Origin: Spirochaetales bacterium
GTDB lineage: Bacteria; Spirochaetota; Spirochaetia; Treponematales; UBA12059
Reading direction: 5' to 3'
DNA: 43,743 bases
NCBI GenBank assembly: GCA_016928955.1
Contig: JAFGJV010000039.1
Location: forward strand, 1-43,743
The notes beneath the pieces were generated by a model. That model had not been told where the DNA came from. It was given only the letters and a program-made list of their open reading frames with translations, and made no database searches. The position numbers and the translations under genes are program-made. Positions 1-8,722 of this stretch are shown piece by piece. Each line of letters starts with the position of its first letter. Within the stretch, counting starts at the first letter, position 1.

Positions 1-36
1 AAAAAAGGCAGGGGTGCCTCGTTGGCCCCCCTGCCT
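1..36 (-). terminator. Intrinsic terminator downstream of the response regulator
   Basis: AGGCAGGGG (6-14) pairs with CCCCTGCCT (28-36), and the A-run at 1-6 gives a U-tail on the minus strand. A second hairpin CCCGCT-ctc-AGCGGG with a T-run at about 62-88 could terminate a convergent + strand transcript. Confidence 0.65.
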
Positions 37-102
37 CCCTTAAGTCGGCTTTTTCAGTGGCCCCGCTCTCAGCGGGCAGCCTTTTTTTATCGCCGTCAGG
101 CC

Positions 103-828
103 TCAGGTCTCCATGAAGGCCAGTACCACAAAGCCGGTGGCCCGGCCGTCGTCGTCGCGGAACGCGCTGACCTCAAGCGTTGCCCTGGCGTCGCTGGATT
201 TGAAGGCAAGCGTCTTCTTGGCCACGCCGCCTTTCAGGGACCCGGCCTCCGCCAGCAGGTCCGTGACCACGGCCGGCTCCGCGAACAGGATATGCAGGGC
301 CGTGCCCACGCGGCCGTCTCCGGCGCCGGGTACGTTCCCCTTGGCGGCGTCGTTGGAAAAACTGATGCGGCCGTAGGCGTCGGTCAGGAACACAGGCCGC
401 GGAAAGCGCGACAGGGCGTTTTTGTACCAGTCGTCATTCCCGCGCTCCCGGTATTCACGGGACCGTCGCAAGGCCAACTCCAGCGTTGTGCGCAGGGTCT
501 TTTCGTCGTAGGGCTTGACCAGGTAGCCGTAAGCCCGGGTGCCCAGGGCCCGGGACAAGGTTTCGTCGTCGGAATAGGCGGACAGGAAGATAAAGGGCAC
601 GTCGAACTCGCCGCCGACCATGTACGCGGTCTCTATGCCGTCCTGGAAACCCTTCAGGCGTATGTCCATAAGGATCAGGTCCGGTTTGTGGACGACTATG
701 GCCTCGGGTACGTCTTCACCCCGTTTGAGAACCTCAGGCACGCTGTAGCCGAGCCGCTCCAGGGTTTCCCTGAGCTCCATGCCCGCCAACGCCTCGTCCT
801 CCACTATCAAAATCACCGCTTGGGCCAT
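103..828 (-). CDS. Response regulator (REC domain + degenerate PAS-like C-terminus)
   Basis: Receiver motifs ILIVEDE, DLILMDIRL (phospho-Asp), FLSAY and YLVKP. VFLTDAYGRISFSNDAA is PAS-like. Start moved to ATG 828, preceded by AGGAGG. Confidence 0.9.
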   Translation of the reverse strand: MAQAVILIVEDEALAGMELRETLERLGYSVPEVLKRGEDVPEAIVVHKPDLILMDIRLKGFQDGIETAYMVGGEFDVPFIFLSAYSDDETLSRALGTRAYGYLVKPYDEKTLRTTLELALRRSREYRERGNDDWYKNALSRFPRPVFLTDAYGRISFSNDAAKGNVPGAGDGRVGTALHILFAEPAVVTDLLAEAGSLKGGVAKKTLAFKSSDARATLEVSAFRDDDGRATGFVVLAFMET

Positions 829-907
829 ACGCCCCTCCTGGTCACAGACCGCCCTCAAGGAGCATCAAGACAGCTCCACCGGGCACAAATAAGCTTATAT
901 GTTCAAG

Positions 908-937
908 ATTGTATCCCGTTTTTGTCGAAACCTACAA
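908..937 (-). promoter_or_regulatory. Putative sigma70 promoter for the response regulator
   Basis: TTGTAG-18nt-TACAAT on the minus strand in an AT-rich patch. Confidence 0.45.
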
Positions 938-1031
938 GCAGATTTCGGTAACACGCGCCGGCTCGGACGGCCAGCATTTGCCGGTAGACCGTCCGAAATC
1001 GGCTAGCTGCGTTCCACCCACAGCGCGGACC

Positions 1032-1739
1032 TCAATAGTGGAACAGTTTTTTCAGCGTGGTGTTCCTGGCTAGGCGAAGATGGGCATAAAACAGGAAGCC
1101 TGCCACGGGTATCAGGGTGGACGCGGTTATGGACGACCAGAACAGGTTCAGTATGCCGTCCCGGTACAGGTCGATCGCGCCTTCTACCACCAGGCAGATG
1201 GCGGCCGCAGCCACAAAGGCATAGGCCAGCACATTGAGCCCGCGTATTTTTGACGCCTTGGCCGCCAGTATGGTTCCCAGTACCCCAAGCTCCACGGCGG
1301 CCGCTATGGGCGCTCCCAAGGTGAGGGACCAGGCAAGGGAACCGTTGATGGCGTCCAGGGCCACCAGAAAGCCAAACGGTGCCAGTGCCGACACCGCTAT
1401 GCCAAGGGCCGGCTTGCGCGTCGCCATCAGCGTGGGACATATCAGCCACCAGATAAAGCCCAGGGCCACCAGGGGATACAGCGACCACGCGATACCCGCC
1501 CCCATGATCAGGTCCAGTACCACCAGCGTGAGCGCGGCTATAGCCAGCGACACCGACAGGACCTCGGCGGCAACCTGCCGCCGCTGCCGGTTCTCGCCGG
1601 CGCCGTCCGCGGGAACAGGCACCGGGCCCGGGGCCCCGGCCCGGCCGGCGGCGTCCTTGTCGCCCAAAACCGCCCCGCACAGGGGACAACGCTCCGTACC
1701 CTCTGCAAGCTCAACTCCGCATTGATCGCAACGTACCAC
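1032..1739 (-). CDS. Zinc-ribbon membrane protein (DUF6320-like)
   Basis: N-terminal CxxC...CPLC followed by about 6 hydrophobic helices and a C-terminal LKKLFHY. GTG start at 1739 after GGAGG. Confidence 0.75.
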   Translation of the reverse strand: MVRCDQCGVELAEGTERCPLCGAVLGDKDAAGRAGAPGPVPVPADGAGENRQRRQVAAEVLSVSLAIAALTLVVLDLIMGAGIAWSLYPLVALGFIWWLICPTLMATRKPALGIAVSALAPFGFLVALDAINGSLAWSLTLGAPIAAAVELGVLGTILAAKASKIRGLNVLAYAFVAAAAICLVVEGAIDLYRDGILNLFWSSITASTLIPVAGFLFYAHLRLARNTTLKKLFHY

Positions 1740-1820
1740 GGCAGTCCTCCACATCATGGCGTCCACGGACGCATGTTCCCGCGTTCACCCGCCGGCCATG
1801 GCCGGGCAAATCGCCGGGAT

Positions 1821-3152
1821 TCACATATTCGACGATACCTCGACCCGGAGGCCGAGCGCCACAAGCCGCTTAAAAAACAGCCGCTCCAGTTCCCTGGACT
1901 GGGCCTGGCTCCCGAACGCGATATGCGTCTTGCCCTTCCAGGTACACAGCGCCGCGAAGGTCTTGAGCGTCGAGCTTGGCGCACCCAGAAAGTCAAAGCG
2001 CTCGAGATGGGGAGCTAGTTCCTCCGGCATCTGTATGGTGCCCAGGTTGGACAGGATGCCCGATATGAGCCCCTCGCCAAGGGCCACGTACAGGATCTTG
2101 GCAAAGAAATTCTTGATGAACAGGGGAATGAGCCTGACGACCAGCTTGCGTCCTCCGCCGGCGTTCCGCGATATCTGGGTGGCAATGCGCCGCTCGTCGT
2201 TTTCTATGCCCATATAGTGATGTACATAGGCCGCCAGCTCATCCAGGGTCCAGGTTCCCAGGCGGGTGTCTATGGTGGGCAGGACAAAAAGGCTGAAATT
2301 CCGCAGGCTCTTGGTCTTGTAGAAGCGCCTGAGATTGACCGGAACTTCGAGCGACACGTAGGGCGACAGCCGCCTAGCTCCGGCTTGCACCTGGACGGTC
2401 CGCAGCTCAATCAGCGAATCGAGGTACACGGCGGTCAGGAACTCGGTTACGGATACCTTGCGCGCCTTGGCCAGGGCCACAAGATCATCGGCCACCACGA
2501 TGCCCGTTATGGCCCGGCACTGGCCCACGGGCAGGAGCTTGGACGATAGATGGTAGGCCCTGGGCAGGGGACCGGGTATGGGTATGCGCGGCTTATAGAA
2601 CCTGTGGTAGGCGTCCTCATACTCCTCCGGATCCGGAGGGGCGGACACGTCGCAGGTGGGACTAGGCGGCGTGGCCACGATACCACGTTCCTTGAAATAC
2701 TCGATCAGGGTGGCCGTCAGAAAACAGCCGCCGCCGGCCCCGTCGGCCAGGATGTGGCTGAATTCGAAGGCTATACGGGCGCCCGCCACACGGACCCGGA
2801 GGAGGGGCGCGCCGCGTTTGTGCATGTTGTAGCCCATGCACGGCCAGCCGAGATCGCTCACGGCCTTGATAGGTTCTTTCAACGGCTGGAAGTAGTACCA
2901 GAAAAACCCGCGCCTGAGCTCGACCATGTAGTAGGGAAAGCGCTTGGCCACCCGTTCCAGGGCGGTGTTCAGGTCGTCCAGCCTGACCGGGTGGTCCAGG
3001 GTCACGGCCATGCGGAACAGGCTGGTGTTGCGGACGTTGCTGATGGCCGGCATGATGATGGCGGCGTTGTCCAGCTGATACCACTCGCCGGTTTCGTCCC
3101 GGAAACCGGTCCGGGCGTGCTTAACGTTTATCTCGTCGTGCGTCATCCTCAT
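1821..3152 (-). CDS. Alcohol acetyltransferase-like CoA-dependent acyltransferase (condensation fold)
   Basis: WYQLDNAAII, HxxxDG motif (FSHILADGAG), VPVNLRRFY..KSLRNFS and LSNLG. Start at ATG 3152 (GAGG upstream) or 3146. Confidence 0.8.
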   Translation of the reverse strand: MRMTHDEINVKHARTGFRDETGEWYQLDNAAIIMPAISNVRNTSLFRMAVTLDHPVRLDDLNTALERVAKRFPYYMVELRRGFFWYYFQPLKEPIKAVSDLGWPCMGYNMHKRGAPLLRVRVAGARIAFEFSHILADGAGGGCFLTATLIEYFKERGIVATPPSPTCDVSAPPDPEEYEDAYHRFYKPRIPIPGPLPRAYHLSSKLLPVGQCRAITGIVVADDLVALAKARKVSVTEFLTAVYLDSLIELRTVQVQAGARRLSPYVSLEVPVNLRRFYKTKSLRNFSLFVLPTIDTRLGTWTLDELAAYVHHYMGIENDERRIATQISRNAGGGRKLVVRLIPLFIKNFFAKILYVALGEGLISGILSNLGTIQMPEELAPHLERFDFLGAPSSTLKTFAALCTWKGKTHIAFGSQAQSRELERLFFKRLVALGLRVEVSSNM

Positions 3153-3234
3153 CAAAGACCTCGCGGAGGGCCGCCGGTTGCACGCCGGCGTAAAATTCCT
3201 GGCCCGGAACGACGCCGCTCGCCCCGCCTGGCCA

Positions 3235-3942
3235 TCAGAGTACCCCAATATACTTGAACAGGGGCGCAAGCGCAACGATGACGACCAGGGCCGGCAGGAA
3301 GTCGCCCGTGCGTATCTTTTTGAGGCCCAGCAGGTTAATGCCTATCATGACCACCAGGGCTCCGCCCACGGCCGACAATTCCGTGATCAGCTCCTGGCTG
3401 ACCAGGGGAGCGACCCACACGGACAACAGGGTCAGGGCGCCCTGGTACACCAGCACGGAGAGGGCGGAAAAGCCCACGCCCACGCCCATGGTGCCCGCAA
3501 AGATGATGGCTATGAAGGCGTCCATGACGCTTTTGGCCAACAGCAGCGTATAGTCGCCCTCCACCCCCGCCTTGAACGAGCCGACCAGGGCCATGGCCCC
3601 CACGCAGAACAGCACGGACGCGTTGAGGAAGCCGTACGCAAAGGTACCGCCGTCGTTGGCCGCGCCCTTGCGGGCAAAGCGGCGCCTCAAGGCTTCCCCG
3701 AGCCGCTCTATGGCTCCCTCTATGTCCAGGGCGGTGCCCGCAAGCCCACCGGCGATCAGAGCTATGGCCATGGCCAGCACATGCCCGGTTTTTAAGGCCA
3801 TGGACAGGCCTATGACCAGGGACAGCACCCCGGTGGCGTTGAACACGGCGTCGCGGGCTCGGTCCTTGAACAGTTTCCCGAAGGCCAAACCTATAACCGT
3901 GCCGATTATTATAGCGGCCGCGTTGATTAGCGTAGCGAGCAT
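3235..3942 (-). CDS. DUF554 family membrane protein (YdfK/YqgA-like)
   Basis: TLINAAAIIIG, FLNASVLFCVGAMALVGS, KSVMD, VYQG and DFLPAL are typical of DUF554. Confidence 0.9.
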   Translation of the reverse strand: MLATLINAAAIIIGTVIGLAFGKLFKDRARDAVFNATGVLSLVIGLSMALKTGHVLAMAIALIAGGLAGTALDIEGAIERLGEALRRRFARKGAANDGGTFAYGFLNASVLFCVGAMALVGSFKAGVEGDYTLLLAKSVMDAFIAIIFAGTMGVGVGFSALSVLVYQGALTLLSVWVAPLVSQELITELSAVGGALVVMIGINLLGLKKIRTGDFLPALVVIVALAPLFKYIGVL

Positions 3943-3978
3943 CGATCCATCCCCCGTGGCGGCCAGAGTGCCTTTGGC

Positions 3979-4007
3979 TTGACCGGTACCGAAGGATTAT
4001 ATACTAT
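3979..4007 (+). promoter_or_regulatory. Sigma70 promoter
   Basis: TTGACC (3979-3984), 17 nt, TACTAT (4002-4007), upstream of GGAGA SD and ATG 4030. Confidence 0.7.
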
Positions 4008-4029
4008 GCTGAGCGGAAAGGCGGAGACG

Positions 4030-4359
4030 ATGAAGGAAGCAGTGCGCCCGGATACAAACCTCGTTGTGGACGAAGCGTCGACCGAGGGCAAGATCTATTG
4101 CGCCAACTGCATTCACTGCAAGCTCGTACCCGCCCCAGCCGGCCAAGGCCGCTACTACCTGCGCGTCCGCTGCGACGCCGGCAAATGGACCAAAAAATCG
4201 GGTGAGGAAAAGCTGTACAAGTATTTTACCGTGGCCCGCCGTAGCATAGAGCATTGTGATAGCTATGAGGACATGGGTGAAGGCCCGGAATTCCTCAAGG
4301 ACCTGCGCCAGACCCTCCCCGCGGCCGACGAAGTCTACACGTCCCCTGACCGATCCTGA
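4030..4359 (+). CDS. Small Cys-rich hypothetical protein (CxxCxxC...C...C)
   Basis: 109 aa with IYCANCIHC, RVRC and EHCDSY; promoter and SD present. Confidence 0.8.
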   Translation: MKEAVRPDTNLVVDEASTEGKIYCANCIHCKLVPAPAGQGRYYLRVRCDAGKWTKKSGEEKLYKYFTVARRSIEHCDSYEDMGEGPEFLKDLRQTLPAADEVYTSPDRS

Positions 4360-4399
4360 CCCATACCGCGTCACTTCCGCGGGTGCCGAAAGGTATGCC

Positions 4400-5425
4400 A
4401 TGGTATGCTCGTTCAGCGCCCTGGACGACTATTTCAGCGTCCCTCGCGCGCCCGTCGTCTTTTCCTGGTTTGACGGGGGCATGGTCGAGCTTGCACGTTC
4501 CCACGGCAACCTGAGCTACCCCGGCCTGCCTTACGCTGACGCATCCGACGACAGCGCTGAACCCCGCATCCGCTACGTGTGTTCGGACGGGGACTGGAAG
4601 CCCGCCTACCGGCCCCTGGGCCTGATCCATGATGCCGACCGCAAGCTCTACCGGGCCACGGGAGGCGTGTATGAGGCCCTCCGCGAGCCCAAGCCGTCGC
4701 CCGCCCCCGCCGAACCCGCCCAGATCCTGTTCGAGGCGGCCGTGCTTGCTTCCCGCTACGACTTCCAGCCGGATACCGACGGAGCCCAAGTTCCCGCCCT
4801 GGCCGATCCAGCCTGGCAGAGGGACCTCTTAGACCTGATCGTTACCGGACGCCGGCCGGAGCGTGGCCTGGAACTGCTCCGGGAATCCGGGTTCCTGGGC
4901 CGCTACTGGCCGGAACTTGCCTCACTGGCCGGGGTGGACCACGTCAAGGACTACCATCCCGAGGGCGACGTCTGGCGGCACACCATGGAAACCTTCAGCC
5001 ACCGCAAGGAACCGGGCCTGGTCCTGTCGCTTGCCCTGCTCCTGCACGACAGCGGCAAGCCTGACGCCGTGGCCAACGAGGGACGCCGCTTTGACCGCCA
5101 CTCTGAACTGGGTGAGCGCACGGCCAAGAGCTTCCTGGGGCGCCTGGGGTATCCGCCCGCCATCGTGGACCAGGTGGCCTTCCTGGTCCGCTACCACATG
5201 CTGCCCTCCGCCCTGCCTCGCATACCGCCGTCCGCCATGGAGGGCGTGCTTGACCATGCCGGCTTTCCCACCCTGCTCGAGCTGTACCGCTGCGACGAGT
5301 TGTCGACATTCCGCGGACCGGACGGCTATTATGAGGCTTGCGCCGCGTACAAAGCCTATCTCAAGAACAGGAAAAACCGCTTCCGGAACTCGGACGGCAA
5401 AAAGCGGCCCGTGGCCAGGGACTAA
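4400..5425 (+). CDS. HD-domain protein related to CCA-adding/poly(A) polymerase body and HD regions
   Basis: YHPEGDVWRHT, LLHDSGKP, HSELG and YHML are HD motifs. PERGLELLRESGFLGRYWPEL resembles the PolyA_pol RNA-binding region. Start assumed at ATG 4400. Confidence 0.8.
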   Translation: MVCSFSALDDYFSVPRAPVVFSWFDGGMVELARSHGNLSYPGLPYADASDDSAEPRIRYVCSDGDWKPAYRPLGLIHDADRKLYRATGGVYEALREPKPSPAPAEPAQILFEAAVLASRYDFQPDTDGAQVPALADPAWQRDLLDLIVTGRRPERGLELLRESGFLGRYWPELASLAGVDHVKDYHPEGDVWRHTMETFSHRKEPGLVLSLALLLHDSGKPDAVANEGRRFDRHSELGERTAKSFLGRLGYPPAIVDQVAFLVRYHMLPSALPRIPPSAMEGVLDHAGFPTLLELYRCDELSTFRGPDGYYEACAAYKAYLKNRKNRFRNSDGKKRPVARD

Positions 5426-5455
5426 CAGCCTTGGCATTTGTCAGAACCCTACTAT

Positions 5456-5505
5456 TGGAGGCAGCCATGAACCCGTCAACTGGAGGCAGCCATGAACCCG
5501 TCAAC
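5456..5505 (+). repeat. Perfect 2 x 25 bp tandem duplication containing SD + ATG
   Basis: TGGAGGCAGCCATGAACCCGTCAAC occurs at 5456-5480 and 5481-5505. Confidence 0.97.
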
Positions 5506-6664
5506 GCTCGCGACCCTCACCGAACGCGCCACCCTGCACCGGCGGGCTCTGCATTGCATGCCCGAACTCGGACTGGACCTGCCCCGCAGCCTGGACTACG
5601 TCCGCACGGCCCTCGCGGCGGCCGGCCTTGAGCCCCGCGACTGCGGTCCGGGACTAAGCTGTGATGTGGGCGACGCCGGACCCCTGGTGGCCATCCGCGC
5701 CGATCTGGACGCCTTGCCCGTGGCCGAGGAAACCGGGCTTTCCTTTGCCAGCGACACGCCCGGCAGGATGCACGCCTGCGGCCATGACGCCCACGGCGGG
5801 GCCCTGTTGGCAGCGGCCGAGCAGTTGGCCAAGACGCCGCCCTCTGGCTACCGTGTCCGGCTGATTTTCCAGCCCGGCGAGGAGGGAGCCTTTGGCGCGG
5901 TCAAAATGATAGATGCCGGCTGTCTGGACGGCGTTTCGGCCATCGTCGGCGGCCATGTGGGCGATCTGTCCGAGGAGCTGGCTCCGGGCCAGGCCGGCTT
6001 CCTGCCCGGACCCATGATGGCGGCCAGCGACCGGTTCTCCGGTACCTTTGTCGGTTCCGGCGGCCACGGCTCGGCGCCGCACCAGACCCTGGATCCCATA
6101 GCCGCGCTTGCCCAGTTCATCCAGGCTGTGTACGCCTTCCGCTCCCGGAGGCCGGACCAGCGCAAGCCCTTTGTGCTCAGCGTGTGTCAGGTGAGCGCGG
6201 GATCCGCGTTCAACGTCATACCCGGCAGCGCCGAATTCAAGGGCACGGCCCGTACCCTGGAACCGGCGGAGCGGGACTTGGCCAGGGCAGGCCTTGAGGC
6301 CGCTTGCTCGGGAGCCGCCTTGGCCTGCGGCCTGGAGGGTCGTTTTGAGTGGATAGACGGCTATCCGCCCCTGGCCAACCACCCGGAAGCCACCCGGCTG
6401 TCCATGAAGGCCGCGGAAGACGCGCTCGGACCGGGACGCGTGGTGGAATTGACCGTGCCGAGCATGGGCGGCGAGGATTTTTCCTATTACCTCATGAAGG
6501 TGCCTGGCTGTTTTTGGTTCCTCAACACCCAGGCGCCTGAGAGCGGCATCACCCACCCCAACCACCATCCCCGCTTTGACGTGGACGAGCGCTGGTTGGG
6601 GTCGCTGGCGGCCGTCAATCTGGCCGCGGCTGAAGCCCTGGCGCTCAAATTCGGCCGGACATAG
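5492..6664 (+). CDS. M20 family amidohydrolase (M20D/hippuricase-like)
   Basis: RRALHCMPELG, RADLDALP, MHACGHDAH, FQPGEEG, GGHGSAPH, GGEDFSYY and HHPRFD. Confidence 0.95.
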   Translation: MNPSTLATLTERATLHRRALHCMPELGLDLPRSLDYVRTALAAAGLEPRDCGPGLSCDVGDAGPLVAIRADLDALPVAEETGLSFASDTPGRMHACGHDAHGGALLAAAEQLAKTPPSGYRVRLIFQPGEEGAFGAVKMIDAGCLDGVSAIVGGHVGDLSEELAPGQAGFLPGPMMAASDRFSGTFVGSGGHGSAPHQTLDPIAALAQFIQAVYAFRSRRPDQRKPFVLSVCQVSAGSAFNVIPGSAEFKGTARTLEPAERDLARAGLEAACSGAALACGLEGRFEWIDGYPPLANHPEATRLSMKAAEDALGPGRVVELTVPSMGGEDFSYYLMKVPGCFWFLNTQAPESGITHPNHHPRFDVDERWLGSLAAVNLAAAEALALKFGRT

Positions 6665-6720
6665 CGATTATGAGGGGCGGCCGTCTTTTCAACGCAAGCG
6701 CTGGCCATTATCATTAAGCC

Positions 6721-8703
6721 ATGGCCAGCTGGGGGGATATAGCCGACGAGCTCAAGCCGCGCCCGGAAGACCGTTCCGAGGCCGCGGCCCTTCTGGACGC
6801 ATGCCAGGCCGGATTGCCCCTGGCCCGGACGCAAAGCTCCCTGCTCCGCCTATCAGACGCAGCGGTGGCCTGTCTGTATGCGTCGCTTGAGGACATCCGA
6901 CCCGCCAGGTCCGCGGCCGCGGACGCCAAAAATCCATCCTGGATGGCGGCGTCCGATTTTTGCTACCTGAACGTGAGGGCCACCCAGCACGACGGACGTC
7001 CGGGCACCTTTTTGCAGGCGGCAAAGATTCTGCCTGCCATGGCCGCGGACGCCATACATCTGGCACCCTTCCACCCGGTCCATTTTGAGCTGGTACGCGC
7101 CCCGGAAAGCCAGGCTTTGATAGACCCTGAGCTGGCCGATTCCGCCTTAACGGCCGCCGGGCTGGGTCCAGCCGCCCAACTCAAGGCCCTGGTCAGCGCC
7201 TGCAAGCTCCTGGGCAAGGCCGTGGGCTTTGAGCTCCTGCCCTATCTGGCCCAATTCGGCCGCGACGTCCTTGAGCGGCCGGAGCTCTTCCATTGGATTC
7301 ACCTGGACGACGAGCGCGCCGGCCTGCTCTGCGACGATCAGCTCAAGCCCTACGGCAAGCCCGAGCGGCTGGCCAACGCGGATGCCGTGCGACGTTTGTC
7401 GCTTTCCGCCCTGTCAGACTACGGTGTGGCCACCCTCCTGCCCCAGCCCAAGGACAGGGACGCTGAAAAAGCCGCAAAGGACAAGGCATATTACGCCACC
7501 ATACACCGCTGCATAGACAACGGCCTGTGGCCGGTGCTCATGAACCCGTGGAACGGGGTCGGCCGGCCCGGCTTCCTGCGCTACGACCGTCCGGGCGACT
7601 TCCCCGTGTTCGCGTACCGCGATCTGGACGGGTCCGACGTCAGCGCCGAGGCGTCCGGAGTGATCGTCCCCTACGCCTTTTTTGACGGCCTCCCGCCCTC
7701 GCACGCCGGCCAGACGGACCAAACCTACGGCTTGCCCGGCCGCAACGAGCAGGCCATACGCTACTACACCCATCTGTTCGAGCGCTGGCGCGACGACTAC
7801 GGCTTTGACTTTGTCCGGTACACCGGCGTGGACCACAGCCTGGATTCGTGCGCGGACGACTCGGGCTGCGTACCCCTGTCCGACCGGCCCACGCCGGAAA
7901 TCCTCGCGGAGGCCATGAAGGCGTCCAGGCAGGGCGTTCCCGGCGTCGGGGCTTTGGCCGAGAGGGCAGGCAGGGATCCGCTTGACTACGCGTCGCTTGG
8001 CTTTGACCTACTCTCCGGCTCGGAGTCGTTGCGGCGCATAGACGCGCCCCTGCTCAGGGAATCGTTCCTGCTGTATGACCGGCTGGTGGGCCAGACCGGG
8101 GAAACGGCCAGGCGCTGGTCCGTGTGCTTCTCGGTGGACACCCACGACGCGGGAGCGCCGCACGGCTGGGGCACACCCCTGGCGGCCGTGCTTGGACGCG
8201 AGCGTATGCGCCTGCGCCATGCCGTGGCCCGCTTTCTGTCCGTCGGCCCGGTGCGCCGTCCCCTGTACGAGACGATGGGCTTCCAGGACCTGTCCACGGG
8301 CCTGTACGAGGCCGATGTGTCAGCCCGCGGCCTTGCCTGGAATGACGATGCCGAGTTCTCGGCCGGCTATGCCGCCATCGAGCGCCTGTACCGCCGCCTC
8401 CGGCCCTTCCTGGACTCGGCCGCCATAGCCGAGCGCCACGTGGAACCCGCCTGGGCCTGGTGGACCATCAAGGACCGCGCCCAGAGCCGCGTCGTGGTGG
8501 TTGCCTGCTCGCTTGAAACCGCAGACGGGCACGCCCCGGGGGACATCAAGGTAGCCTTGGATCGCCAGGCTGGCTGTTTTGAGGGCAGGACCTACCATCT
8601 GCCCGACGACTCCGGCGCTCCCGTCATAGCGGAAGGCTCACTGACCTTGAGCCTGGGATATCTGGACTGCCACGTGGTAGACTTGTCGCCGTCACTCTTT
8701 TAA
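6721..8703 (+). CDS. Alpha-amylase (GH13)-like TIM-barrel protein, possibly catalytically altered
   Basis: AIHLAPFHP, GFDFVRYTGVDH (region II-like), LAE (region III-like) and VDTHD (region IV-like), with a beta-rich C-terminus. Confidence 0.6.
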   Translation: MASWGDIADELKPRPEDRSEAAALLDACQAGLPLARTQSSLLRLSDAAVACLYASLEDIRPARSAAADAKNPSWMAASDFCYLNVRATQHDGRPGTFLQAAKILPAMAADAIHLAPFHPVHFELVRAPESQALIDPELADSALTAAGLGPAAQLKALVSACKLLGKAVGFELLPYLAQFGRDVLERPELFHWIHLDDERAGLLCDDQLKPYGKPERLANADAVRRLSLSALSDYGVATLLPQPKDRDAEKAAKDKAYYATIHRCIDNGLWPVLMNPWNGVGRPGFLRYDRPGDFPVFAYRDLDGSDVSAEASGVIVPYAFFDGLPPSHAGQTDQTYGLPGRNEQAIRYYTHLFERWRDDYGFDFVRYTGVDHSLDSCADDSGCVPLSDRPTPEILAEAMKASRQGVPGVGALAERAGRDPLDYASLGFDLLSGSESLRRIDAPLLRESFLLYDRLVGQTGETARRWSVCFSVDTHDAGAPHGWGTPLAAVLGRERMRLRHAVARFLSVGPVRRPLYETMGFQDLSTGLYEADVSARGLAWNDDAEFSAGYAAIERLYRRLRPFLDSAAIAERHVEPAWAWWTIKDRAQSRVVVVACSLETADGHAPGDIKVALDRQAGCFEGRTYHLPDDSGAPVIAEGSLTLSLGYLDCHVVDLSPSLF

Positions 8704-8722
8704 CTGACCCTATGGAGGAATC

